A stretch of DNA of 38,954 nt from an uncultured bacterium (GTDB lineage: Bacteria; Patescibacteriota; Minisyncoccia; Phycocordibacterales; CAIZLB01), in NCBI GenBank assembly GCA_937873535.1, contig CALMYA010000035.1:1-38954 (forward strand). Reading direction: 5' to 3'. Below the pieces are notes generated by a model. It worked only from the letters and a program-made list of their open reading frames with translations, did not search any database and was not told where the DNA came from. Position numbers and translations under genes: made by a program. Shown here piece by piece: positions 1 to 8,575 of the stretch (position 1 is the first letter of the stretch; every line of letters begins with the position of its first letter).

Positions 1-1
1 G

Positions 2-697
2 GGAAGTAAAGGCGAATTACATCATGACGCCTCTAAAATTAAGTGGTTAATTGGTGTAGATGAAGTTGGCCGAGGCCCGCTAGCTGGCCCTGTAGCTGTC
101 TGTGCTTGCGCCATTCCTTACTACAAAAGCCCTGAAGAAAGCTATAAGAAATTCTTAAAAAAGTATGAAAAAGAGATAAAAACACGCAGTTTACCAAGCC
201 TTGTGGGGCGCGATTCAAAAAAGCTTTCAGAAGGGCAACGCGAAGAGTGGAAAAACTTCTTTACACAAGTTGTTCAATCAACCGATATTTTATTCATGTA
301 CTCCACCGCTTCTGCAAAAAATATAGATGACAAAGGCATAGCGAAGTGCATAAGAGGTTTGATAGATAAGAACTTGGAAGGAATGCTTAAGGCTGGAAAT
401 ACGAGCGAATTGAATACCCATGTTCTTCTCGACGGTGGCCTAAAAGCCCACACTGACTTCAAATTTCAAAACACAATAATAAAAGGGGATGAAAAGGAAA
501 TGGTCATATCGTTTGCATCTATTTTTGCGAAAGTCACGAGGGATGAGTATATGAAAAAAATATCTACAAAATCATCATACAGCGCATATCAATTTGACTT
601 GCATAAGGGCTACGGCACAAAGCTTCACAGAGATATGATACAAAAACATGGTAAATCTGATGTTCATCGCTTAAGCTTCTGTAGTAATATTAAGTAA
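2..697 (+). CDS. rnhB: Ribonuclease HII, 5'-truncated by the window edge
   Basis: The frame of ORF 203..697 stays open back to nt 2 with no stop. Upstream translation gives LIGVDEVGRGPLAGPVAVCA (RNase HII catalytic motif). The C-terminus has GYGT...H and HRLSF. No in-frame ATG precedes 203, so the true start lies outside the window. Confidence 0.9.
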   Translation, partial: GSKGELHHDASKIKWLIGVDEVGRGPLAGPVAVCACAIPYYKSPEESYKKFLKKYEKEIKTRSLPSLVGRDSKKLSEGQREEWKNFFTQVVQSTDILFMYSTASAKNIDDKGIAKCIRGLIDKNLEGMLKAGNTSELNTHVLLDGGLKAHTDFKFQNTIIKGDEKEMVISFASIFAKVTRDEYMKKISTKSSYSAYQFDLHKGYGTKLHRDMIQKHGKSDVHRLSFCSNIK

Positions 698-706
698 TAG
701 ACATGA

Positions 707-734
707 TTGACCCTTTAATGATTTTTGATACTAT
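707..734 (+). promoter_or_regulatory. Sigma70-like promoter TTGACC-N16-(TGa)TACTAT for ORF 813..1115
   Basis: TTGACC at 707-712 and TACTAT at 729-734, preceded by a TGn extended -10. It sits about 75 nt upstream of the SD-led ORF. Confidence 0.5.
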
Positions 735-812
735 GGGCATGATTTAAGAAGTGGCCTTCTTGAATCAAGAATTTAGTTCAACAACCATTCACTCAACGAA
801 GGAGACAACAAT

Positions 813-1115
813 ATGGGAATGAGGAAAAAGGGTTTTGCCGCTGAATCCAGCAACAAACTCAAGAAGCAACAGCATTCAGGAGGGGGCGGCGGACACGTCG
901 TTCATGTGGGCAACCACAAAAGTAGTTACAGGCAGAAACAGAAAGCCAAACAGAGGGGTGCGTGGATACCTCCAAACGAGCGCCCCGATGCCAAGCCTCC
1001 AGTGGAAAAACCGCGCGTCAGCTATGGCCGGCCCATTGAGTGGGTACCCGATCCTTGGGACAAGGAAAAACATGGCTACACCAAGAAGGGTGTGATGGCT
1101 GTCAGATCATGGTAA
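813..1115 (+). CDS. Hypothetical small basic Gly/Lys/Pro-rich protein (100 aa)
   Basis: Strong SD (AAGGAGA) 8 nt before the ATG, its own promoter and a clean terminator. No recognisable domain. Contains a GGGGG run and is likely disordered. Confidence 0.55.
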   Translation: MGMRKKGFAAESSNKLKKQQHSGGGGGHVVHVGNHKSSYRQKQKAKQRGAWIPPNERPDAKPPVEKPRVSYGRPIEWVPDPWDKEKHGYTKKGVMAVRSW

Positions 1116-1161
1116 GGCAAAAGGGTCACTCGCGACACTGCCACCAATCTGACACTGAATC

Positions 1162-1192
1162 GGCGGCCAGAACAACCTGGCCGCCTTTTTTC
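1162..1192 (+). terminator. Rho-independent terminator
   Basis: GGCGGCCAG-aacaac-CTGGCCGCC (9-bp GC stem) followed by TTTTTTC. Confidence 0.8.
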
Positions 1193-1229
1193 TTGCCAAT
1201 CTTTATAAAATAGGTATACTAAATGCCTT

Positions 1230-1451
1230 ATGGTAAATCATATGCGACACACCCGGGGTCATACCCGGAACCGACGAAGCCACCATGCCCTTACAGCAGC
1301 AGGCGTGGTTCTCTGCGTAAATTGCGGCCAGCCAAAGGCAAAACACGTAACTTGCGCTAATTGCGGCAAGTACAAAGGCAAAGATATTCTCCTCCTTCAG
1401 GTAAAAGCCGACAAAAAAGAAGCGCGAAAGAAAGCAGCTAAGGTTAAATAA
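1230..1451 (+). CDS. rpmF: 50S ribosomal protein L32
   Basis: [17 protein letters not shown] plus a CxxC...CxxC zinc ribbon (CVNCG...CANCG), typical of L32. TATACT lies 9 nt upstream of the ATG at 1230. ATG 1242 is an alternative start. Confidence 0.9.
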   Translation: MVNHMRHTRGHTRNRRSHHALTAAGVVLCVNCGQPKAKHVTCANCGKYKGKDILLLQVKADKKEARKKAAKVK

Positions 1452-1488
1452 AGGAAAATAGGGAAGCCATCATTTAAATAAGCCATCA

Positions 1489-1515
1489 AAAAAGCCTTAT
1501 AAATAGGGCTTTTTT
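1489..1515 (+). terminator. Probable rpmF terminator
   Basis: AAAAAGCCTTAT...ATAGGGCTTTTTT: a short stem flanked by an A-tract and a T-tract. Confidence 0.5.
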
Positions 1516-1529
1516 GTAGTGAGGACTAC

Positions 1530-1688
1530 GTATAACTCAGGCGATAAAGAGATGGGGGCGGACAGAACATCCTGTGGGGAGACTTGCGAGCTGCAGCGAG
1601 CACGAGGAATTTTTCAGCAGAAAAATATCCGTGCTCCCCACAGGATGTTCTGGTAGCCTCTTGAATCTCTTTATCGCCTGAGTTATAC
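1530..1688. repeat. Family-A nested palindromic element, copy 1
   Basis: Outer perfect 23-bp inverted repeat (1530-1552 / 1666-1688) and inner perfect 18-bp inverted repeat (1563-1580 / 1635-1652). The enclosed core is near-identical to the reverse complement of 22022-22090. Confidence 0.75.
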
Positions 1689-1689
1689 T
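1661..1689 (+). promoter_or_regulatory. Candidate nusB promoter TTGAAT-N17-TATACT, embedded in the right arm of the family-A element
   Basis: TTGAAT at 1661-1666 and TATACT at 1684-1689, exactly 17 nt apart. The nusB ATG at 1709 is 19 nt downstream of the -10. Confidence 0.45.
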
Positions 1690-1708
1690 TAATCCGAACA
1701 ACTTTGAT

Positions 1709-2629
1709 ATGGCAAACAGGCACTTATCCAGATCTATAGTCTTGCAGTCTTTATTCGAATGGGATTTCAGAAATCTCAGCGATGCTTCTATTGCCGATAT
1801 CCTCCAACGTAATGTAGACGAGTTCGCTCCTGGTATGGGCGATTTTTCATTTGTGAAGAATTTGGGTGACGGAATCCTCAAAAAAAGAAAAGACATAGAC
1901 ACCATAATTGAAAAGGCCGCGCCCGAGTGGCCTCTTGATAAAATTGCCATGGTAGACAGAAACGTTTTGCGCCTAGGCCTTTATGAGCTAATTTTCGGCG
2001 ACAGAAAAGAAGTGCCGGCGAAGGTGGCAATTAATGAAGCAATTGAATTGGCTAAGAGCTTTGGTGGTGATACATCTGGCAAATTCGTGAACGGCGTGCT
2101 CGGTGCTGTGTATAAAGAGATGGGCGAGCCGGGCAAAGACGAAACATCCCCGAGAAAAGACAAACAACATAAAAAAGAAGTGGCGTTTGAAGACATGCCT
2201 ATTAAAAAACTCGGCGGTGCGGTGGTATACACCATTCAAGATGGTGAAATATTTTTAGCACTCGTGCACGATGTTTTCGGCCACTGGACGCTCTCAAAAG
2301 GCAAGCTTGAAGCAGGTGAGAATGAACACGAAGGTACAATTCGTGAAATTAAAGAAGAAATGGGTGTTGATATTACAATTGAAGAAGAATTAGCACATAA
2401 CGAATATGTAGCTTCGCACCCAGAAGAAGGTAAGATGCGAAAGCAAGTTTCCTACTTTTTAGCTCGTACTGAATATACTCCCTTAACGCTCGGAACAAGT
2501 GGCGGCCTCGATGACGCGAAATGGTTTAATGTCAAAGATATACTCAATTTGAACTTTTATAACGACATTTTGCCAATTGTTACCAAGGCAATTCAAATCT
2601 TGATAAAAAAGGAAAGCGTGGTACTATAG
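1709..2629 (+). CDS. nusB: NusB antitermination factor fused to a C-terminal Nudix hydrolase domain (306 aa)
   Basis: The N-terminal ~140 aa are NusB-like (RSIVLQSLFEWDF..., VDRNVLRLGLYEL, INEAIELAK, FVNGVLG). The C-terminus carries a complete Nudix box GKLEAGENEHEGTIREIKEEMGV (Gx5Ex7REUxEExGU). No stop codon separates the two domains. Confidence 0.85.
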   Translation: MANRHLSRSIVLQSLFEWDFRNLSDASIADILQRNVDEFAPGMGDFSFVKNLGDGILKKRKDIDTIIEKAAPEWPLDKIAMVDRNVLRLGLYELIFGDRKEVPAKVAINEAIELAKSFGGDTSGKFVNGVLGAVYKEMGEPGKDETSPRKDKQHKKEVAFEDMPIKKLGGAVVYTIQDGEIFLALVHDVFGHWTLSKGKLEAGENEHEGTIREIKEEMGVDITIEEELAHNEYVASHPEEGKMRKQVSYFLARTEYTPLTLGTSGGLDDAKWFNVKDILNLNFYNDILPIVTKAIQILIKKESVVL

Positions 2630-2799
2630 GCCTATGAGCTTGGCAGATCGTGCGGAAGGCTCAAATAGGCTAAATTACTAGGTTTTAGGCCATATTTGAA
2701 CCGCTTTTCCTCATCATCTATCGCGCTCATGCCCTCATTAGCTCCAGTATTCACATTAAGTTACTCACTAATTTAGAAATTTTTTAACTTATTTTCACT

Positions 2800-3492
2800 A
2801 TGGATTTAAGCGTTTTCGAAGCCGCAGTCGGCGTCACATTTAAAGATAAAAACCTGCTCAAACAGGCGTTTATTCATCGTTCATATTTGAATGAGAACCG
2901 CTCTTCGAAACTTGAGCATAACGAGCGTATGGAATTTCTAGGTGACGCGGTACTTGAGCTTGTCATAACTGAATATTTGTATAAAAAATATCCTGAAAAA
3001 AATGAGGGTGACCTTACTGCGTATCGTTCATCGCTTGTTAACTCTGTAACACTTTCTCAGGTTGCCGAGAAAATAGGCATGAATTCATTTTTGCACTTAT
3101 CGAAGGGCGAAGCTAAAGACACCGGCCGTGCCCGCCAATTTATTCTTGCCAACACATTCGAGTCGTTCGTAGGTGCAGTATATTTAGACCAGGGCTACGA
3201 CGCTGCACAAGGGTTCATTTCACGCCAGCTTTTCGAACTTATTAACGACATTGTCGCCAACCGCGGCTTTATTGATTCTAAAAGCCTTTTTCAGGAAGAA
3301 GCTCAAGAGCGAGTTGGCATTACTCCGGCATACAAGCTTATGAAAGAAACCGGCCCCGACCACAACAAAATTTTCACTGTTGGTGTGTTTTTACGAGATG
3401 ATTTGGTTATAACAGGCGAAGGGAAGTCGAAGCAAGAAGCCGAGCAGGTTGCCGCCCAGAAGGCGCTTGAGAGCAAAAAGTGGACTGCATAA
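2800..3492 (+). CDS. rnc: Ribonuclease III
   Basis: NERMEFLGDAVLELV signature, plus a C-terminal dsRBD (GPDHNKIFTV...GEGKSKQEAEQVAA). Confidence 0.93.
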   Translation: MDLSVFEAAVGVTFKDKNLLKQAFIHRSYLNENRSSKLEHNERMEFLGDAVLELVITEYLYKKYPEKNEGDLTAYRSSLVNSVTLSQVAEKIGMNSFLHLSKGEAKDTGRARQFILANTFESFVGAVYLDQGYDAAQGFISRQLFELINDIVANRGFIDSKSLFQEEAQERVGITPAYKLMKETGPDHNKIFTVGVFLRDDLVITGEGKSKQEAEQVAAQKALESKKWTA

Positions 3493-3558
3493 AACACAAG
3501 TAGGCTGAACTTTTTATAAGAATCTGTTAGAATAAAGGGTATATAAAGCTCCGTACCC

Positions 3559-5886
3559 ATGTCCTCCATCTCCCGATTAAAATCTCTTGAAATTGCCGGC
3601 TTCAAGTCTTTTGCTAAGAAAGAAACGCTTACCTTCACTTCACCTATAACGGCCATTGTGGGGCCTAACGGTTCGGGTAAGTCGAATGTTGCTGAATCGT
3701 TCAGGTTCGTGCTCGGCGAGCAGTCTATTAAAAGCATGCGCGGCAAGAAGGGTGAAGACCTTATTTTTAACGGCGGAAAAGACAGCGCCCGAGCCAACCG
3801 CGCTTCGGTTAAGGTGGTATTCGACAATTCAAGTAAGATGTTCAATCTCGATTTCAGCGAGGTTTCAATTGAACGTGTGGTGCACCGCGACGGCGTCAAC
3901 GAATATTTTATAAACGGCTCACTCGTTCGCCTTAAAGATGTGGCTGAACTTTTGGCGCATGCCAATATTGGTTCGTCTGGTCATCATATAATTTCACAAG
4001 GCGAGGCCGACAGGTTACTTAGCGCCCAGCCGCGCGAACGCCGCGAGATGATAGAAGACGCGCTAGGCCTCAAGGTTTATCAATACAGAAAAGAAGAAAG
4101 CGAGAAGAAGCTTGAAAAGACGTCGAATCATATGAAAGAAGTTGAATCGCTCCGCCGTGAAATTGCGCCACATATTAAATTTCTGAAAAAGCAGGTTGAA
4201 AAGATAGAAAAAGCTGTGACATTGCGCGCCGAGCTTACGACAATGTATCAAGAATACTTCGTGCGCGAGGCGGCATATATTAAGGACGAAAAAGAAAAGC
4301 TTGCGGGCGAGAAAGCTGCTCCTTCAGCCGAAATTCATTCTATCGAAAAAGAATTGGCGCATCACAAAAGTGTGCTCGACGCAGCAAAAGCTGCTTCAGG
4401 CCAAAGTTCGAAAAGCGATGAGCTTATAAAACTTGAAGGCGAAATTCGCGAAACGCGCCAGAAAAAAGATTCTTGCATGCGCGAACTCGGCCGACTTGAA
4501 GGTGAAATTTCATATTTAAAACGCGTTATTGAAAAGAAGTTGAAAGAGGCGAGTGAGGCCAGCACAAAGCAGGTGTATTTACGCGAGGTTGAATCGGTGG
4601 CTACAGAAATAACAGGTAAAATTGCCGCTGCCCAAAATAGCCAAAATATTGAGGAAATACGCGCTCTTTTAACTGACATTGGCGAGACACTTAGCGGTTT
4701 CGTGCATCATCACAAGCATGGTGACGGAACTTCTTCGGCAGAAAGCACGGTTAAAGGCGAAGAAACTGACATGCAGCGCATTAGCGGCGAAATGAAGGCG
4801 CTTGAAGCACGACTTTCAGAATATTCTGTAGCTGAAACATCCGAGGCTAAAAGATACTCTGATATTAAAGCGCAAATTGATCAGGAAAAAGATAAAAACG
4901 TTGAAAGCGAGAAGGCAATTCTGCGAATTATGTCTCGGCAAAGCGAACTTCACGGCCAGCTTGAAGCAATTAAAGCCCGAGAAGAGCGCGTGCGACTTGA
5001 AGAAGATGAATACAAGCGCGAGCTTCATGAAGCCGGAAGCTTGCTTGGACGTGATGCAATTGACCATGAAAAGTTTAAGATTGATAAAAACGCACACGAA
5101 GAATCCGGCCGCCAGCCTCAGCTTGAACGCCGCAGAACAATAGAAAAAACAAAAATTCGCCTCGAAGAAATGGGCGGCGGCGGAGGTGATGAAATTATGC
5201 GTGAACACAAAGAAGCCGAAGAAAGAGACGCTTTTCTTATGCGTGAACTTGAAGACTTGATGAAATCTTCAGACTCTCTTCAGGCCTTAATTAAAGATTT
5301 GAACCAGAAACTCGATGAACTTTTCAAAGAAGGAATTCGCAAGATAAACAAAGAATTCGGCAATTTCTTCAGCTTAATGTTCGGCGGGGGCGCGGCTGAA
5401 CTCCAGGTTGTGGTTGAAGAGCGCAAGAAACGCAAAAAACTTTCTGCATTAATGGGTGACGATGAAGCTGAAAAGGCAGCAATGGCCGACAGCCGTTCTG
5501 GCGCCAGCGACGACGAAGACGAAGAGCCGGAAGAGGGAATTGAAATAAATGTTAACCTCCCTCACAAGCGCATTAAAGGCCTTACCATGCTTTCCGGTGG
5601 CGAGCGCGCTCTCACTTCTATCGCCCTGCTTTTTGCTATGTCGCAGGTAAACCCTCCACCTTTTGTAATTCTAGATGAAACAGACGCTGCGCTTGATGAA
5701 GCCAACTCACGCAAATACGGCGATATGATAGAGGCACTTTCAAAGCACTCACAACTTATTTTAATAACTCACAACCGCGAAACAATGTCTCGCGCCGGCG
5801 TAATTTACGGCGTTACCATGGGCAACAGCGGCTTCTCGAAACTCCTTTCAATTGCGTTTGATGAAGCGGTAATTGTGGCGAAATAA
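3559..5886 (+). CDS. smc: SMC-family chromosome partition ATPase, unusually short (775 aa), with no recognisable hinge domain
   Basis: N-terminal head FKSFA...GPNGSGKSN...VLGEQSIKSMRG. C-terminal head LSGGERALTSIALLFA and ILDETDAALD. The centre is heptad-like coiled coil interrupted only by FVHHHKHGDGTSS. Confidence 0.85.
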   Translation: MSSISRLKSLEIAGFKSFAKKETLTFTSPITAIVGPNGSGKSNVAESFRFVLGEQSIKSMRGKKGEDLIFNGGKDSARANRASVKVVFDNSSKMFNLDFSEVSIERVVHRDGVNEYFINGSLVRLKDVAELLAHANIGSSGHHIISQGEADRLLSAQPRERREMIEDALGLKVYQYRKEESEKKLEKTSNHMKEVESLRREIAPHIKFLKKQVEKIEKAVTLRAELTTMYQEYFVREAAYIKDEKEKLAGEKAAPSAEIHSIEKELAHHKSVLDAAKAASGQSSKSDELIKLEGEIRETRQKKDSCMRELGRLEGEISYLKRVIEKKLKEASEASTKQVYLREVESVATEITGKIAAAQNSQNIEEIRALLTDIGETLSGFVHHHKHGDGTSSAESTVKGEETDMQRISGEMKALEARLSEYSVAETSEAKRYSDIKAQIDQEKDKNVESEKAILRIMSRQSELHGQLEAIKAREERVRLEEDEYKRELHEAGSLLGRDAIDHEKFKIDKNAHEESGRQPQLERRRTIEKTKIRLEEMGGGGGDEIMREHKEAEERDAFLMRELEDLMKSSDSLQALIKDLNQKLDELFKEGIRKINKEFGNFFSLMFGGGAAELQVVVEERKKRKKLSALMGDDEAEKAAMADSRSGASDDEDEEPEEGIEINVNLPHKRIKGLTMLSGGERALTSIALLFAMSQVNPPPFVILDETDAALDEANSRKYGDMIEALSKHSQLILITHNRETMSRAGVIYGVTMGNSGFSKLLSIAFDEAVIVAK

Positions 5887-5940
5887 TATTTTTATAAAAA
5901 TTTTATCTTGTTTTCATGTCGACTTGCTAGAGTGTATTTT

Positions 5941-6384
5941 ATGAACAAGGAAGATGTCGATTTTGATGATTGGAATGATCTTAAAAAGAACATAGAAAGG
6001 GTGGCGAATTCGGCCCTCTTTCATGAAAGGGAAATTTGGTGGTGTTCACTTGGAATTAACCTAGGAGTAGAGACTGACGGCAAACACGAAAGATATGAGA
6101 GGCCCGTACTAATAATCAGAAAATTTAATCGTGACGTGGCTTGGGTTTTGCCAATGACATCAAAGGTAAAAGAATCGCCATTTCACCATTCATTTGAAAT
6201 GGGTAATAAGAAACGGTCTGTAATGCTTACTCAATTAAAAACTATAAGTACTAAAAGGCTATCACGAAAAATAGGAATGATGAGAATGGATGCATTTCTA
6301 GAAGTAAAGATCAAAACCGCAATGCATCTATTAAAAAACGAAACCCCGTCTTTCGACGAGGAATCTCGGAGGCCGAAGCCATAA
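5941..6384 (+). CDS. PemK/MazF-like toxin-fold protein
   Basis: REIWWCSLGINLGVETDG...RPVLIIRKF...VLPMTSK...SVMLTQLKTISTKRL matches the MazF/PemK SH3-like core pattern. ATG 5941 is preferred over the track's non-ATG start at 5908. Confidence 0.7.
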   Translation: MNKEDVDFDDWNDLKKNIERVANSALFHEREIWWCSLGINLGVETDGKHERYERPVLIIRKFNRDVAWVLPMTSKVKESPFHHSFEMGNKKRSVMLTQLKTISTKRLSRKIGMMRMDAFLEVKIKTAMHLLKNETPSFDEESRRPKP

Positions 6385-6465
6385 TGCAACAAGTATAGTC
6401 TTAAGTATTTTTTTTTGCAATATTGACAGGCTATTTCCAGTATTTCCTGACAATACTTCTAAAAT

Positions 6466-8568
6466 TTATACTACGAGTTGAAACTCCAGCATCTTGTTAT
6501 CCAAATCGGCAGCAATAAGCTTCACTTTCACTGGGTCGCCAATATTAAATTCCTTTTTAGTGTTCTGGCCGACAACTTTGTAGTTCTTTTTATCTACAGT
6601 GTAGAAGTCGTCAGGCTTCAAATCGCGTAAGCGAATAAGACCTTCGGCTTTGGCTTCGGGTTCTTCAATATACATGCCCCAGTCGGCAATGCCTGAAACT
6701 TTTGCATCAATAATTTGGCCTACTTTGTTCTGCATGTATTCAACCTGTTTGTATTTAATAGATGCGCGCTCGGCGTCGGCGGCCTCAACTTCACGACGCG
6801 ATGAGTCGAGGCATATTTTTTCAAGAGTGACGGCCATATGTGCCGGAACTGTTTTGCCTTCAAGTAAAATTGCAAGAATTCGATGCACCATGAGGTCGGG
6901 GTAGCGGCGAATTGGCGACGTAAACTGGGTGTAGAAGTCGAATGCCAAGCCGAAGTGGCCAGTGTTGGCGGTTGCGTATGTGGCTTTGGCCATCGAGCGA
7001 AGCGTGGCAATTTTAATAACAGCCTCTGCAGGTGAACCTTCAACCTGACGTAGTAAACTTTGTACATCTCGTGGGTTTATATTTTTTGTAGGATTGAAAT
7101 CGAAACCAAGAGCGCGTACAAAAATGCCGAGGTCTTGAAGGCGGTCGTAGTCGGGTTCGCTGTGAACGCGGTAGACACCGAGGCTCTGTGCCGAGCCGCT
7201 AGCCTTACCGTCGGCACCATGAGTTTTTGCAGCCAAATTCTTGCTTTTAGCATGAATGTATTCGGCAACTTCGCGGTTAGCAAGAAGCATATACTCTTCT
7301 ACAAGTTTGTGCGCATCGAGGCGCTCTTTTTTGTATACAGCAATAGGCTTGCCGGTCTCGTCGAGCTTAAATTTTATTTCTGTTGTTTCAAAGTCGATAG
7401 AACCAGCCTTCTGGCGTTCTTTGAGCATGAGCTTTGCGATGCGGTTCATTTCTTTGAGGCGTTCAGAGTACTGAGCAGCATCTGGCGCTTGCGATTTGTC
7501 ATCCAAAATTTCTTGAACTTCTTCGTATGTGAAGCGACGGTCAGAATGCATAATTGTGCGGCCGAACCATTCATCTAATATTTTGCCGTCTTTAGTAGTT
7601 TTAAAAATAGCAGAAAATGCAAAGCGATCTTCGTGCGGGTTCAAGCTGCACTGGCCGTTTGAAAGTACGTGGGGGAGCATAGGAATGGTTCTATCTACCA
7701 AATATACCGAGAAAGCACGCTTGCGAGCTTCAATATCGAGCGCGGTGCCTGGGCGAACAAAATGCGCTACATCGGCAATGTGTATGCCAATTTCGTAAAA
7801 TGCGTCAGGAAGGGGAGTGCCGGGCTTAATGCTGTCATCGATATGAACATTGTTGTCGGCACCGTTACCCTCTTTAATGCGCTCTTCTGGCGCAAGTTCA
7901 CGAATTGAAAGGGCATCGTCAAAGTCTTTAGCGTCGAATGGGTCGATGGTGCAGGTGAAGATGCCTCTTACATCGCGCCGTGAGGCGACTTCTTCAGGTG
8001 AAGGTGTCAGAGAACTAAACTCTTTAGCCGCTTCATCGGCTTCATCAAGCACTTCTTGCTCAAAGCCGGTGTCAAAACCTCGTTCAAGAACAATAGAGCG
8101 CATTTCAGCATCGTTATCGCCCTTCTCACCAATAATTTCTAAAAGATTACCTTTGGCATAGCGGCCGTCTTCAACTTCCCAGTCTGTAATTTTAGCGACA
8201 GCCTTCAGATTTTCTTTAAGGCTGCTTAAACCTTGGCCACCAGCTTGGCCGCTTTCATCACCAACAATGTCGATACTTATATTTAAACGTCTATCGTCGG
8301 GAAGAAGAATATATTCGGCACCTTGCGCTTCTGTATTTTTTATAATAGTACCCACGAACTGCAATTTCTTTCGTTCAACAATTTTAATAACCTTGCCGTA
8401 TGTATCGCCTTTAAAACCTGCGTATGTTTCAATTTCAACAGTGTCGCCTGGGAGGGCAATGTTGACGTCGTTAGGCTCAACAGGAATGCTTTCTTCTAAG
8501 CCTTCGATGTCTACGAAACCTTTGCCTTTTGAATTGAGGGAAATTACGCCCGTGCGGTGATTATGCAT
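6466..8568 (-). CDS. rnr: Ribonuclease R (RNB family 3'-5' exoribonuclease with a C-terminal S1 domain)
   Basis: RNB motifs DPFDAKDFDDALS, HIADVAHFV and TSPIRRYPDLMVHR. N-terminal cold-shock-like domain and C-terminal S1-like domain. Confidence 0.92.
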   Translation of the reverse strand: MHNHRTGVISLNSKGKGFVDIEGLEESIPVEPNDVNIALPGDTVEIETYAGFKGDTYGKVIKIVERKKLQFVGTIIKNTEAQGAEYILLPDDRRLNISIDIVGDESGQAGGQGLSSLKENLKAVAKITDWEVEDGRYAKGNLLEIIGEKGDNDAEMRSIVLERGFDTGFEQEVLDEADEAAKEFSSLTPSPEEVASRRDVRGIFTCTIDPFDAKDFDDALSIRELAPEERIKEGNGADNNVHIDDSIKPGTPLPDAFYEIGIHIADVAHFVRPGTALDIEARKRAFSVYLVDRTIPMLPHVLSNGQCSLNPHEDRFAFSAIFKTTKDGKILDEWFGRTIMHSDRRFTYEEVQEILDDKSQAPDAAQYSERLKEMNRIAKLMLKERQKAGSIDFETTEIKFKLDETGKPIAVYKKERLDAHKLVEEYMLLANREVAEYIHAKSKNLAAKTHGADGKASGSAQSLGVYRVHSEPDYDRLQDLGIFVRALGFDFNPTKNINPRDVQSLLRQVEGSPAEAVIKIATLRSMAKATYATANTGHFGLAFDFYTQFTSPIRRYPDLMVHRILAILLEGKTVPAHMAVTLEKICLDSSRREVEAADAERASIKYKQVEYMQNKVGQIIDAKVSGIADWGMYIEEPEAKAEGLIRLRDLKPDDFYTVDKKNYKVVGQNTKKEFNIGDPVKVKLIAADLDNKMLEFQLVV

Positions 8569-8575
8569 AATGTAA

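Noticed and set aside
1530-1688. Family-A element as a retron msr/msd (a1/a2 inverted repeats) or a group II intron domain-5 fragment
   Set aside because: No reverse transcriptase or intron ORF is present in the window. The internal hairpin is ~39 nt with an AGCA loop and lacks the 34-nt D5 layout with a GNRA loop. The two copies have unrelated flanking repeats.
3303-3965. A 220-aa antisense ORF, and many similar track ORFs opposite rnr, valS, tsaD, smc, asnB and others
   Set aside because: These are shadow ORFs on the strand opposite, or out of frame with, genes that carry unmistakable conserved motifs. They have low-complexity or odd composition and no start-site context.
6425-6462. Apparent repeat TATTGACAGG ... 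CCTGACAATA between MazF-like and rnr
   Set aside because: It is a mirror repeat, not an inverted complement, so it cannot form a hairpin. It is probably chance in an AT-rich convergent spacer.
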